From Candidatus Multivoradales bacterium (GTDB taxonomy: Bacteria; Acidobacteriota; Thermoanaerobaculia; Multivoradales; JAHEKO01): 64,000 nt of DNA. Location of the stretch: the NCBI GenBank assembly GCA_965223855.1, contig CBDCXM010000009.1, positions 224,001 through 288,000 on the forward strand. The letters are read 5' to 3'. Numbering within the stretch: position 1 is the stretch's first letter; each line of letters starts with the position of its first letter. The translations under genes were made by a program, and so were the position numbers. The notes under the pieces are model-generated. The model saw only the letters and a program-made list of their open reading frames with translations. It did no database searches and was not told the DNA's origin. Shown piece by piece: positions 37,078-47,177 of the stretch.

Positions 37078-37779
37078 TCAGGGCACAGTCGCCGACCAGG
37101 CACCGGTGTCGCCGGACTCGAAGCCGTCGTCGAACACCTCGCACGGGGCGTTCGCGGTCCCCTGCGTCGGCGGCATGCTCTGGAAGTCGCGACCCAGGGT
37201 AAGGAGACCTCCCCCACCCTCGGCGCCACAGTAGGCGAGGCTCTCGCCCATCGCCGCCGGCTCCGTGAAGTCGTACTGCGGAGGAGGACCGACTGCAGTC
37301 TCAGTCCAGATCCCCTTGTCGGCGGCGACGTCGGAGCGGCCGACGTCGTCGGCGGTGTTGTATTGCAGGAAGTCGACCATCGCCGTGCTCGATCCGAAGG
37401 TGCTGACCGTGTAGAGACCCACATCGGCGGCCACGTCGTCGAGGTCGTTGAGATCGCCTGCTCCGGGAGCATCGATCTGCAGCACCACCCTCTCCCCCGG
37501 AGAGAGAACCGTGTCGCCGACCAGCACCGTGAGCTCCGAGATCTGCCCGTAGTCGAAGCGCGAGCACAGCCACCAGCCACCGACATCGACGTCGCCGGTG
37601 TCGCCCAGGTTGGCGATCTCGATCCAGTCCTCGTTCAGGCCACCGAGGTAGAAGACCTCGGTGATGAAGATGTCCTCGGGCGTACCACCCAGCGTCGCCG
37701 ACGACGACGGCGTCGCCGGCAGGAAGAGGATCAGCAAAGCGAGCGGAGCGACACGGCGGACAACGGGTCGGCATCTCAT
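37078..37779 (-). CDS. Secreted lamin-tail-domain-like protein ending VFDDGFESGDTGAWSATVP
   Basis: Signal peptide; IFITEVFY...DWIEIANLG...DVGGWWL, VLSPGE, PTQG.AN; terminal DGFESGD tag; ATG 37779. Confidence 0.78.
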   Translation of the reverse strand: MRCRPVVRRVAPLALLILFLPATPSSSATLGGTPEDIFITEVFYLGGLNEDWIEIANLGDTGDVDVGGWWLCSRFDYGQISELTVLVGDTVLSPGERVVLQIDAPGAGDLNDLDDVAADVGLYTVSTFGSSTAMVDFLQYNTADDVGRSDVAADKGIWTETAVGPPPQYDFTEPAAMGESLAYCGAEGGGGLLTLGRDFQSMPPTQGTANAPCEVFDDGFESGDTGAWSATVP

Positions 37780-37792
37780 GGCGCGAATCCTC

Positions 37793-38821
37793 TCACGCGC
37801 CGGGAAACACGCGATAGAGCCTCTCGCGCAGCTCCACCTCGACTCGCGAGCCGACGGGAAGGGTGTCGCCGGTGAGTACCCGCGCCCGGACCGTTTCGCC
37901 GCTCGACAGGACGACTCGATCGAGAGCGTCGTGGCCGAAGAACTCGCGCCCCTCGAGCACTCCCGCCACCGCGTGCCCCGAGCCCGCCAGGCGCAGACGC
38001 ACATCCTCCGGCCTGAGGAGCAGGCGGCCGGCTCCGTCGGGTGCGTCGCAGCGCCCCCTGCCGAGGGCGCTCTCGAACTCTCCACCCGCCACCATGCAGT
38101 CGAAGAGCTCGCCCGACCGCAGGAACTCGGCGACCGCCTCGCTCGCGGGGCGGGCGTAGATCGTCTCCGGGCTGGCGACCTGCAGCACTCTGCCCTCGAC
38201 CATCACCGCTACCGCGCCGGCGACGGCGAGCGCCTCCTCCCGGTCATGGGTGACGAGCACAGCGTTGGTGCCGGTGCGGCGCAGCACCTCCCTGACCTCG
38301 AGGCGCAGGTCCTCTCGCAGACCGGGGTCGAGACCGGCGAACGGCTCGTCGAAGAGCACAAGTCTCGGTTCGGGAGCCAGGGCCCGTGCCAGCGCCACCC
38401 TCTGCTGCTGGCCCCCGGAAAGCTGATCGGGGAACCGCTCCCGGGTATCCGCGAGCCTGACGAGGTCGAGAAGCTCCGCCGCCCGTGCCTCGCCGGCTCG
38501 CGATCCGCGCACACCGTAGCGGACGTTCTCCCACACCGTGAGATGCGGGAAGAGCGCCCCCTGCTGAAACACCATGCCGACGTCGCGCTTCTCAGGAGGG
38601 ACGAAGGCTCCCTCGCCCACCACGGTCCGGCCGGCGATCCGCACCGTGCCCCGGCGCGGCGTCTCGAAGCCGGCGATCGTTCGCAGCAAAGTCGTCTTGC
38701 CGCATCCGCTCTCTCCGACCAGGGCCAGCAGCCCGCTGTCGAAGACCATGTCGACGTCGCGGACAGCCACCGCTTCGCCGTAGGAGACCGTCAGCCCCTC
38801 GATCTCCAGAACGACGCTCAT
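37793..38821 (-). CDS. fbpC: Fe3+ ABC transporter ATP-binding protein (FbpC-like)
   Basis: GESGCGKTT, LSGGQQQRVALARAL, DEPF, C-terminal TOBE-like region; ATGA overlap. Confidence 0.85.
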   Translation of the reverse strand: MSVVLEIEGLTVSYGEAVAVRDVDMVFDSGLLALVGESGCGKTTLLRTIAGFETPRRGTVRIAGRTVVGEGAFVPPEKRDVGMVFQQGALFPHLTVWENVRYGVRGSRAGEARAAELLDLVRLADTRERFPDQLSGGQQQRVALARALAPEPRLVLFDEPFAGLDPGLREDLRLEVREVLRRTGTNAVLVTHDREEALAVAGAVAVMVEGRVLQVASPETIYARPASEAVAEFLRSGELFDCMVAGGEFESALGRGRCDAPDGAGRLLLRPEDVRLRLAGSGHAVAGVLEGREFFGHDALDRVVLSSGETVRARVLTGDTLPVGSRVEVELRERLYRVFPGA

Positions 38822-40395
38822 CGCGACTCCCCGTCGACCCCGAGTACGGGGCGGATCATGAGGAAGTAGACCGGCACGATCGAAGCCAGAAGGAGGCACA
38901 GCGCAGGGAGCGCCGCCTGAGAGTAGATGCCCTCCGCGGTCGCGCTCCAGACCCTCGTCGCCAGCGTCTCGAAGCCGGTCGGGCGCAAGATCAAGGTTGC
39001 CGGGAGTTCCTTCATGGTCGTCAGGAAGACCAGGCCGGCTCCGGCGGCGAGTCCCGGCCCGATGAGAGGCAGCGTCACCGTGCGAAACACCCGCCGCCGG
39101 CCGGCGCCGAGACTGCGCGCCGCCTCCTCGAAGGCCGGAGCCACCGAGGCGAGAGCGCTGCGGGCGGCGCCGAGCGCCTGCGGCAGGAAACGGCAGACGT
39201 AGGCGGCGATCAGGAGGACGACCGTCTGGTAGAGCGGCTCGGCGTGCCGGGTGGCGAAGAAGACGAGGCTCAGCGAGATCACCATCCCCGGGAGGGCATA
39301 CCCCGACTGCGCGAGCCGTTCGACCGCTCTCGCCCGACGCCCCGGATAGCGAACCGACCAGACGGCGAGCGGCAGCGCCAGCGCTGTGGCCGCAAGAGCT
39401 GCCAGGCCGGCGACGCCGAGCGAGTTCGCGATCGACTCTCCGACCCGGCCGAGCGGATTGCCGGTCACCAGGGCGCGCACCGCCCAGTGGGCGACCACGC
39501 CGAGGGGAACGGCGAGCGTCACAAGATTGAGCAACGTCAGAGCTCCGAGGACCGGCCACTTCCAGCGCCCGAGCGCCACCCTGTGGGTCGCGCGGAACGG
39601 CCGGCTGCGGGTCGCCGGCAGGCGGCGCATCCAGCGCGCCTGGACTGCCATCACGAGCAGCGTCAGCGCCACCAGCACGAGTGCCAGCGAGGCGGCGGCC
39701 GTGCGATCGAAGAGGCCGCGGTAGGCGTTGTAGATCGACAGAGTGAAGGTGTTGAATCGGGCGATCGACACCGCCCCGAAGTCGGACAGCACGTAGAGCG
39801 CCACCAGCAACCCTCCGGCCGCGAGCGGCCCCCTGAGCTGAGGGAGGACGGCGCGCCGGAACGCTCCCCACGGGCCGCTGCCGAGAGACCGCGCGCTCTC
39901 CTCGACCGCCGGGTCGAGCTGGCGGAGCCCCGCCACCAGCAGCAGGAAGAGGTAGGGGTAGGTGAAGAGGGCGAGCGCCGCGAGGGCTCCCCCGTAGCCG
40001 TAGACCACCGCCGGTAGCCGTTCGACCCCGAGCAGGCTCTGCAGATGGCCGCGGGGACCGAAGAACACGACCAGGGCGAACGCTGCGACGTAGGACGGGA
40101 ACACCAGCGGCAGCGCGCCGGCGAGCGCCCACCAGCGCCGGCCGGGCAGATCGGTGCGCACCACGAGCCAGGCATAGGGCAGGGCGATCGCCATCGTCGT
40201 CACCACGACGCCGGCGATGAGCGCCAGCGTCCGCGCCGCCAGCTCGACGGTCCGCGGCGTGGCGACGACCGCCGTGAAACCCTGCCAGCCGCCGCCCAAG
40301 GCCCGGAGTACCAGGTAGACGAGCGGCAGCGCCATCGCCATGCCGATCAGGCTGGCGACGGCGATCAGCAGCGGAGGAGCCGACCGCCCTGCCAA
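38818..40395 (-). CDS. fbpB: Fe3+ ABC transporter permease (FbpB-like)
   Basis: Two EAA loops (EESARSLG, EEAARSLG), LSDFGAV, MKELPATLIL. Confidence 0.87.
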   Translation of the reverse strand: MAGRSAPPLLIAVASLIGMAMALPLVYLVLRALGGGWQGFTAVVATPRTVELAARTLALIAGVVVTTMAIALPYAWLVVRTDLPGRRWWALAGALPLVFPSYVAAFALVVFFGPRGHLQSLLGVERLPAVVYGYGGALAALALFTYPYLFLLLVAGLRQLDPAVEESARSLGSGPWGAFRRAVLPQLRGPLAAGGLLVALYVLSDFGAVSIARFNTFTLSIYNAYRGLFDRTAAASLALVLVALTLLVMAVQARWMRRLPATRSRPFRATHRVALGRWKWPVLGALTLLNLVTLAVPLGVVAHWAVRALVTGNPLGRVGESIANSLGVAGLAALAATALALPLAVWSVRYPGRRARAVERLAQSGYALPGMVISLSLVFFATRHAEPLYQTVVLLIAAYVCRFLPQALGAARSALASVAPAFEEAARSLGAGRRRVFRTVTLPLIGPGLAAGAGLVFLTTMKELPATLILRPTGFETLATRVWSATAEGIYSQAALPALCLLLASIVPVYFLMIRPVLGVDGESR

Positions 40396-40399
40396 ACCG

Positions 40400-41431
40400 T
40401 CACTCGACGAGGCCGCTGGCGGTCAGCACCGCAAGCGTCGGCTCGAGAAGACCGGCTGCGGTCGCGAAATCGACGTCCGGCGTCGGCACCGTGTCGATCG
40501 GCACGAGCCCGACGCTCGGCGCCACGCCCGCAGCGATCGGATACTCCATCGTCTCGTTGCCGAAGTAGGTCTGCGCCTCCTCCGAAACGAGGAAGCCGAG
40601 GAGCTGCTGTGCCTCGGCCCGGTCGCTCAGGACCGCTCCGCCGGCCAGGTTGACGTAGTTCGAGGCCGCCCCTTCCGGCATGTAGAAGATCCCCAGCGGC
40701 GCTTCGGGGTCCTCGGCCAGCGCACGGGCCACGTAGTAGTGGTTCACCAGTCCGAACTCGACCTCGCCGTCGGCCACCGCCTGCACGATGGCGCTGTTCT
40801 TCGGGTAGCGCTGCGCGTCGTTGGCCACCATCCCGGCCAGCAGCGCGTCGAGCGCCTCGGCTCCTTCGACGGCGTGGTAGACCGCCATGTGCGCCTGGAA
40901 CGAGCCGTTGGTGGGCGGCACGCCATAGCGCCCGGAGAAACGCTCGTCGACAATCTCCTCGAGGCGCTGCGGCAGCTCGTCGGTGGTCATCGATTCGGTG
41001 TTGTAGACCACCGCGCGCGCCCGTCCCGAGAGGCCGATCCAGCGATTCCCGGCATCGCGGAACGCCGCCGGCACCTGAGAAGCGATCTCTGCGCCGATCG
41101 GTTGCAGCAGTCCGGCCTGGGCCAGCGCTCCGAGCGCCGCCGCGTCCTGCGACAGGAAGACGTCGGCCGGTGTACGCTCACCCTCCTCGAGCAGCGTCGC
41201 GGTCATCTCCGAGGTCTCGCCGTAGCGCACCTCGACTTCGATGCCCGAGCTCGCGATGAAGCGCTCGAGCAACGGACCGATCAGCGATTCGTTGCGACCG
41301 GAGTAGACGACCAGCGGCTCCGCCTCGCCGGCGGCCGGCGGCTCCGGATCGGGGCTGCCGCCGCAGGCGGCGGTCAGCAGCAGGACGGCGGCGAGTGTCG
41401 CTCGACCCGTGTTCGAGAGTGAAACGTTCAT
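40400..41431 (-). CDS. fbpA: Fe3+ ABC transporter substrate-binding lipoprotein (FbpA/FutA-like)
   Basis: Lipobox LTAAC; VVYSGR, PTNGSFQ, GLVNHYY (tandem Tyr iron ligands), EYP. Confidence 0.88.
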   Translation of the reverse strand: MNVSLSNTGRATLAAVLLLTAACGGSPDPEPPAAGEAEPLVVYSGRNESLIGPLLERFIASSGIEVEVRYGETSEMTATLLEEGERTPADVFLSQDAAALGALAQAGLLQPIGAEIASQVPAAFRDAGNRWIGLSGRARAVVYNTESMTTDELPQRLEEIVDERFSGRYGVPPTNGSFQAHMAVYHAVEGAEALDALLAGMVANDAQRYPKNSAIVQAVADGEVEFGLVNHYYVARALAEDPEAPLGIFYMPEGAASNYVNLAGGAVLSDRAEAQQLLGFLVSEEAQTYFGNETMEYPIAAGVAPSVGLVPIDTVPTPDVDFATAAGLLEPTLAVLTASGLVE

Positions 41432-43659
41432 CTGGCGTTGCCTCCGAAATCGACGGAAAGGCCGACGATCACGCTGCGAGGCAGGCCCGGCCGCAAGCCG
41501 GCCGGCCGCCGCGCCGCCACGTAGACCTCGTCGGTCGCGTTGAGGAGCTGGGTGAAGACCTCCCAGCGATCGAACAGTGTCTTCTCGAGTCGAAGATCGA
41601 CGAGGGTGCGAGCCTCCAGCCGCTCCCCTGGCGGGATCGCGCCGCTCCCGGCGCGGGTTCGCACGTCGGAGGTGTGATCGACATCGACGAAGAGGCCGAA
41701 GCCCGAGCGCTCGTAGCCGAAGCGCGCGTGGAGTCGATGCTCCGGCAGATAGGGCAGCTCGTCCCCGGCCTCCACCAGCGGCGCCCAGTCGGCAAAGTCG
41801 GACTCGAACGTCGAGTCGAACTCGCCGCGGGTGAAGGTGTAGGTGACGTCGAGCGGCATCACGGCCTGGGCCGAGCGCAACCGCGTGCCGAATCCGGCCT
41901 CGAGACCGAAGATCGTGGCGGCACCGCCGTTGAACTGATCTCCCGTGCCGCCGCCACCGCCCGAGGTGGTGTCGGTTCCCAGCAGATTCTCGTAGTCGCT
42001 GAAGAAGGCGGTCAGCTCCCCGCGGCTGCGGTCGCCCGCGGCCCGGTAGCCGAGCTCGAAGTTCACGCTCTCCTCGGCGTCCACCTCCTCGGTCGAACTC
42101 GGGCCGGGCGGCGAGAACCCGCGATGAACGCCGACGAACACCTGCCGCTCGTCGTCGATCGCGTAGCTGACGCCCATCCCGGGCAGCACCTCGGTGAGCG
42201 AGTTGGTGCGCGTCGCGAGCGCGAAGCCGGAGCGAGTCGGGTCCTCGCGGCCGTAGTCGAGCCGCTCGAGATCGATCGACTCGACCCGCACGCCGGGGGT
42301 CAGCGTCCAGGAGCCGATCCGGATGGTGTCCTGCACGAACGCCGCCATCGCTTCGGCGCCGGCGACCCGGTTCGCATGGCTTCCCGGCGCACCGGCGCTC
42401 GTGAAGATCCGCTCGCGCCCGAGCATCCGGTAGCTGTCCTCTTCCTGAAAGCGATCCTCCTCGTCCTCGTGAAGCCGGAGGCCGAACTCGAGCTCGTGCG
42501 CCGAGCGCCCACGTTCCAGGTCGACGCCGAAGACCGCCTGCACCCCGGTCGAGTAGTAGTCGCGCCGGTTGTTGCGCACGGCGAGGGCTTCTGCTCCGCT
42601 GTCCCGCTCGCCGCGAAGGACCGCGAGCTCGTCCGCATAGAGCCCGGGAGAGGCGAGCACAGCAGCCACGCCGACACCGTCCACCTTCTCGAGCTTGTGC
42701 CAGTTGCGGAAGAAGTCGTTGCGGTAGGCGGTCACGGTGAGGCGGTGTCGATCGCTCGGCCGCAGCTCGTAGCTGAGCTGGAACTGTTCGTGCTCGGCCC
42801 GGATCTCGTCGCCCGCCGACGAGGCGTAGCGGCGGTAGGGATCCGCCAGGAAGTCCCCGACCGTCAATCCGAGATAGGTCTCGTCGCCGTCCTGCTCGGT
42901 CCGCCCCACCTTGATCTCGAGCGCCTGGTACCGGCGAGCCTCGGGATCGGTGGTCACACGGAACTTCCCGAGATAGTCGGAGAGCTGGTAGCCGGTCGGC
43001 CCGCCGCCATCGAGCCGCTTGAAGCCGTCGTGGCGCTGATCGAGGGCCTCGACCAGCCAGCCGAAGCGCTCCCCTCCCTCACCGGCTCGCGCCCGCACGA
43101 GCTGATGGCCGTCGCTCCCGCCCGTCAGTTCAAGCCGTCCCTCGCGCGCCGCCGGAATCGAGGTCGACAGGTAGTTGATCGAGCCGCCGTTGGTGTAGGG
43201 CCCCTGGCGGATGGCGCTCGACCCCTTGAGGATCTCGAACCCCTCCATCCGGCCGGCGGTCGGCGAGTAGTAGGCCGACGGCGCGGCGTAGGGGGCCGGC
43301 GCGATGAGCACCCCGTCCTCGAGCATCGTGATCTTCGAGCTGCGCTCGACTCCGGTGCCGCGAATCCCGATGTTCGGCCGCAGGCCGAAGCCGTCCTCCT
43401 CCTGAACGCTGATACCCGGGACCTGCTGGAGGATCCGATGCACGTCCTGGTAGCCCTGCCGCTCCAGTGTCTCGGCGTCGATGACGTGGGCCGAACCGGG
43501 CAGCTCGTCGAGCTCGGTCACGGCGGCGACGATCGACAGCTCCTCGAACAGCCGGTATCCGCTGCCACCCTTGTCGGATGGTGCCTCGGTCTCGCTCGCG
43601 CCGGCGATCGCCGGCAGCAGGCAGGTGAGCGCCCACAGGCGCACGGTTCGAACGTTCAT
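41428..43659 (-). CDS. TonB-dependent receptor (FecA-like)
   Basis: AAGGAG RBS; EEDGFGLRPNIGIRG, EDGVLIAPAPY, EILKGSSAIRQGP, RPGLPRS; C-terminal LSVDF. Confidence 0.9.
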   Translation of the reverse strand: MNVRTVRLWALTCLLPAIAGASETEAPSDKGGSGYRLFEELSIVAAVTELDELPGSAHVIDAETLERQGYQDVHRILQQVPGISVQEEDGFGLRPNIGIRGTGVERSSKITMLEDGVLIAPAPYAAPSAYYSPTAGRMEGFEILKGSSAIRQGPYTNGGSINYLSTSIPAAREGRLELTGGSDGHQLVRARAGEGGERFGWLVEALDQRHDGFKRLDGGGPTGYQLSDYLGKFRVTTDPEARRYQALEIKVGRTEQDGDETYLGLTVGDFLADPYRRYASSAGDEIRAEHEQFQLSYELRPSDRHRLTVTAYRNDFFRNWHKLEKVDGVGVAAVLASPGLYADELAVLRGERDSGAEALAVRNNRRDYYSTGVQAVFGVDLERGRSAHELEFGLRLHEDEEDRFQEEDSYRMLGRERIFTSAGAPGSHANRVAGAEAMAAFVQDTIRIGSWTLTPGVRVESIDLERLDYGREDPTRSGFALATRTNSLTEVLPGMGVSYAIDDERQVFVGVHRGFSPPGPSSTEEVDAEESVNFELGYRAAGDRSRGELTAFFSDYENLLGTDTTSGGGGGTGDQFNGGAATIFGLEAGFGTRLRSAQAVMPLDVTYTFTRGEFDSTFESDFADWAPLVEAGDELPYLPEHRLHARFGYERSGFGLFVDVDHTSDVRTRAGSGAIPPGERLEARTLVDLRLEKTLFDRWEVFTQLLNATDEVYVAARRPAGLRPGLPRSVIVGLSVDFGGNAR

Positions 43660-43673
43660 CGAGGCGTTCTCCT

Positions 43674-44138
43674 TCAACTCGGCGCCGGCGGGGCCTCTCG
43701 AGCCTCCCGCGCCCGACGGCAGGTCAGGCACCGCCCGACGACCTGCACCGAAAGATCTTCAGGGTCGAATCCGTGCGCGGCGCAGAGTTCCCGCAGCGAG
43801 TCACGCACCTCGCGATGGAGGTACTCGACCAGCCGGCCGCACTCGCGGCACACCATGTGGTCGTGGTCCATCCCCTCGTGGAGATGCTCGTAGAGCACTC
43901 TGTGATTGCCGAGGCGCACCTTGCGCACCAGGCCGCAGTCCGCCAGCAGATCGAGATTGCGATAGACCGAAGCTCTCGAGACCCGCAGCCCGTTGCGACC
44001 GATCGCCTCGTGCAGACGATCGGCGTCGATGTGCTCGTGGTGGAGGAAGATCTCCTCGAACACCGCCCGACGGGTCGGCGTCATCCGCAACCCGTGGTCG
44101 CGGACGTAGCTCTCGAACTGTTGCCGTTCCTGTTGCAA
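43674..44138 (-). CDS. fur: Fur family transcriptional regulator
   Basis: GLRMTPTRRAV, HIDAD, VSRASVYRNL, HDHMVCRECG, GRCLTC. Confidence 0.9.
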   Translation of the reverse strand: MQQERQQFESYVRDHGLRMTPTRRAVFEEIFLHHEHIDADRLHEAIGRNGLRVSRASVYRNLDLLADCGLVRKVRLGNHRVLYEHLHEGMDHDHMVCRECGRLVEYLHREVRDSLRELCAAHGFDPEDLSVQVVGRCLTCRRAREAREAPPAPS

Positions 44139-44155
44139 GTCGCTGGATTCTCTTA

Positions 44156-44172
44156 TTGAGACGGCGTCTCAA
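44156..44172. promoter_or_regulatory. Putative Fur-type operator, perfect 8-1-8 palindrome
   Basis: TTGAGACG-G-CGTCTCAA 17 nt upstream of the fur start, followed by a degenerate copy TGAGACTTCATTCTG. Confidence 0.65.
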
Positions 44173-44290
44173 AACATGAGACTTCATTCTGAAGCGGCCC
44201 CGCCGCGAAGTCAATGCCGTCGTCGACTCGAGCGGCCGGGAACCCGGAGCGCCGTGATACGTTCCCCTTCCCCGGGGGACGATTCGAACC

Positions 44291-44711
44291 ATGGCTGCAC
44301 CCGGACAGGACCCGCAAGACGAACGGGCCACCAGCCCGCCCCCGCGACACCGGGGACTCCCTGCGCGAGACGGACGAGTCCGCGCGCCGGCTCCCGCCGC
44401 TCCCCTTCTTCGCCCGCATCGGCGTCCTGCTGGTCGGCTGGATCCTGCTGCTCATCGGGATCGCCGGGCTCGCGCTGCCGGGGATCCAGGGGTGCCTGAC
44501 GATCGCGCTGGGCGCGGCGCTACTGTCGCTTGCCAGCGAGATGATCTACCGCTGGCTCAAGAAGGGGCTGCGGCGTTGGCCGAAGGTGTGGGCACGCGTC
44601 GAGCGGATGCGCGCCTGGACCCACGCCAAGCTGACCGGCTCCCGGCCGGGCGTGCCGCCGGGCCCTGCAGCCGCGAACGCCGCTCCCGAGGACGCCGGCG
44701 AAGAGGAGTAG
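44291..44711 (+). CDS. Small membrane protein (PGPGW-like), probably with a +1 frameshift near 44341
   Basis: IGVLLVGWILLLIGIAGLALPGIQG..LLSLASE; GGGGGA-N10-ATG 44291 joins the conserved frame if one C of 44339-44343 is removed; alternative start 44214. Confidence 0.65.
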
Positions 44712-44715
44712 GCCG

Positions 44716-45990
44716 CTACCGCTCGTCGCGCGGCACGAACGGCCGGGCGTTCTCGCCTGTGTAGATCTGCCGCGGCCGGTGGATGCGCGTCTTGGCGTCC
44801 TCGCGCATCTCCTTCCAGTGCGCGATCCAGCCGGGCAACCGCCCGAGAGCGAACATGACCGTGAACATCTCGGTCGGAATGCCCATGGCGCGGTAGATGA
44901 TGCCGCTGTAGAAGTCGACGTTCGGGTAGAGGTTGCGCTCGACGAAGTACTCGTCCTCGAGCGCTACCCGCTCGAGCTCGCGGGCGATGTCGAGCAGCGG
45001 ATCGTCGACCCCGAGCTCCTCGAGCACGTCGTCCGCCGCCTTCTTGAGCAGCTTCGCCCGCGGGTCGTAGTTCTTGTAGACCCGGTGGCCGAAGCCCATC
45101 AGGCGGAACGGGTCTTCCTTGTCCTTCGCCTTGGCGACGTACTTCTCGTAGTCGCTGCCGTCCTCGCGAATCCGCGAGAGCATCTCGATCACGGCCTGAT
45201 TGGCGCCGCCGTGGAGCGGCCCCCACAGCGCGTTGATCCCCGCGGAGATGGCGACGAAGAGATTCGCCTCGCTCGAGCCGACCATACGCACCGTCGAAGT
45301 CGAGCAGTTCTGCTCGTGGTCGGCATGGAGAATGAGAAGCATGTTGAGCGCCTCGTCGAGCACCGGCGGCACGTCGTACTCCTCCACCGGCAGGGCGAAC
45401 ATCATGTGCAGGAAGTTCTGGGTGTAGGAGAGGTCATTGCGCGGATAGACGATCGGATGGCCCATCGACTTCTTGTAGGAGAAGGCGGCGATCGTCTTCG
45501 CCTTCGCCAGCAAGCGCACGATGTTGAGATCGATGTCGTGATCGTCGGCGCTGTCGGGGTAGTAGGCCGAGAGCGACGCCACCATCGACGAGAGGATCGC
45601 CATCGGATGCGCCGTCGGCGAGTACCCCTCGAAGAACTTCTTCATGTCCTCGTGGATCAGGGTGTGACGGGTGAGACGGTCGCTGAACTCGGCGTACTGA
45701 GCCGCGTCGGGAAGCTCTCCGTAGATCAGCAGATAGCAGACCTCGACGAAGCGCGCCTTCTCCGCCAGCTCCTCGATCGAGTAGCCGCGGTAGCGCAGGA
45801 TCCCCTTCTCACCGTTGATGAAGGTGATCGCACTCTTGCACGACCCCGTGTTGCCGTAGCCGGGGTCATAGGTGATCGCGCCGGTCGATTTGCGCAGCGC
45901 GCGCACATCGATCCCGACCTCTCCCTCGCTCCCCTCGAGGAGGGCGAGGTCGTAGTCGTTGCCGTCGTAGGTGAGTTTTGCCGAGCCCAT
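44716..45990 (-). CDS. gltA: Citrate synthase
   Basis: YDPGYGNT, GILRYRGY, HADHEQNCST, LWGPLHGGAN, LMGFGHRVYK, YPNVDFYSG. Confidence 0.97.
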   Translation of the reverse strand: MGSAKLTYDGNDYDLALLEGSEGEVGIDVRALRKSTGAITYDPGYGNTGSCKSAITFINGEKGILRYRGYSIEELAEKARFVEVCYLLIYGELPDAAQYAEFSDRLTRHTLIHEDMKKFFEGYSPTAHPMAILSSMVASLSAYYPDSADDHDIDLNIVRLLAKAKTIAAFSYKKSMGHPIVYPRNDLSYTQNFLHMMFALPVEEYDVPPVLDEALNMLLILHADHEQNCSTSTVRMVGSSEANLFVAISAGINALWGPLHGGANQAVIEMLSRIREDGSDYEKYVAKAKDKEDPFRLMGFGHRVYKNYDPRAKLLKKAADDVLEELGVDDPLLDIARELERVALEDEYFVERNLYPNVDFYSGIIYRAMGIPTEMFTVMFALGRLPGWIAHWKEMREDAKTRIHRPRQIYTGENARPFVPRDER

Positions 45991-46089
45991 GAAATCCACT
46001 CCCGCCGCCGCGCGGCGCGCCATTGCACTTGCCGCGAGCTTACCGTAACCGGAGTGGCGTCCCTGTGACGGCTAGGACGCCGTCGGGCA

Positions 46090-46794
46090 CTACACGCCGC
46101 GTGTTTCGGCACCCCACAGCAACTTGTGCAGCTGTGTCTGCACCCGCACCGTGAGCCGGTCTTCGAGCACCCGCTCGGCAAGTCGTTCCAGCGGCCATCC
46201 GTCGTGGACCACGGAGAAGAGCACCGGCACGTTCCGGTCGAGCCGGTACCGCTGGACCACCTCCTTCGCCCACTCATAGTCGGCGTCGTCGGCGATCACG
46301 AACTTCACCTCGTCGCCACTCTCGAGGAGCTCCAGGTTCTCCCACCGATTGTTGTCCGCTTCGCCGCTGGCCGGGCACTTGACGTCGACGATCCGCCCGA
46401 CCCGAGGATCGACGGCCCCGATGTCGAGCCCGCCTCCGGTCTCCAGCAGCACCTCGAAGCCGTCGTCGCACAACCGCTTCATCAGGGTATGCACCCCGGG
46501 CTGGAGCAGCGGCTCTCCGCCGGTCACCTCGACCAGCCGGCAGCCGAAAGCGCGCACCTCCTCGATGACATCGTCGATCGACGTCCACTCCCCCTCGTAG
46601 AAGCTGTACTCGCTGTCGCACCAGACACAGCGCATCTGACAGCCGGTCAGGCGGACGAGCACGCACGGCCGGCCGGCATGAGTCGACTCGCCCTGCAGGG
46701 AGTAGAAGATCTCGTTGATCTTGAGCCGCTCGGCGGCCGGCAACCTGCGGACCGACGATGCGTCCGCGTCCGCCACCGACGCGTCCCTCGTCAC
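46090..46794 (-). CDS. queE: 7-carboxy-7-deazaguanine synthase (radical SAM)
   Basis: EIFYSLQGE, RLTGCQMRCVWCD, TGGEPL, QLHK; GTGA overlap with queD. Confidence 0.93.
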   Translation of the reverse strand: MTRDASVADADASSVRRLPAAERLKINEIFYSLQGESTHAGRPCVLVRLTGCQMRCVWCDSEYSFYEGEWTSIDDVIEEVRAFGCRLVEVTGGEPLLQPGVHTLMKRLCDDGFEVLLETGGGLDIGAVDPRVGRIVDVKCPASGEADNNRWENLELLESGDEVKFVIADDADYEWAKEVVQRYRLDRNVPVLFSVVHDGWPLERLAERVLEDRLTVRVQTQLHKLLWGAETRGV

Positions 46795-47165
46795 CCGCCC
46801 GCCTCGAACCAGGCGCAGGACGACTCGTTCTCCCACACCTCGACCCGTGTCACCCGCACCCGGTCGTCGTCGATTCGCCTCGCCGCCTCGCGGTAGAAGT
46901 ATTCGCTCAGCAGCTCCGCCGTCGTGTTGCGCTCGTCGAACGGCGGAATGTCGTTGACCACCGCGTGATCGAACGGGCCGGCGATCTCCTCCATCACCGC
47001 CTTGAGATCGGCGAAGTCGAGCACCATGCCGAGCGCGTCGAGCTCGCCGGCAGCCACCTCGACACGCACCCGGTAGTTGTGACCGTGGAGGTTCTCGCAG
47101 CCGCCGGTGTGGCCGCGAATGAAGTGCGCGGCCGAGAAGCGGAAGTCCTTGGCGATCCGGTACAT
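46791..47165 (-). CDS. queD: 6-carboxytetrahydropterin synthase
   Basis: FSAAH, CENLHGHNY, GMVLDF, FDH, TAE, VWE. Confidence 0.93.
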   Translation of the reverse strand: MYRIAKDFRFSAAHFIRGHTGGCENLHGHNYRVRVEVAAGELDALGMVLDFADLKAVMEEIAGPFDHAVVNDIPPFDERNTTAELLSEYFYREAARRIDDDRVRVTRVEVWENESSCAWFEAGG

Positions 47166-47177
47166 GGGGCGCCCGGG

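Noticed and set aside
46090-47165. queD/queE as part of a Dpd or phage 7-deazaguanine DNA-modification system
   Set aside because: No dpdA/tgt-like or defence genes nearby; housekeeping context fits queuosine synthesis
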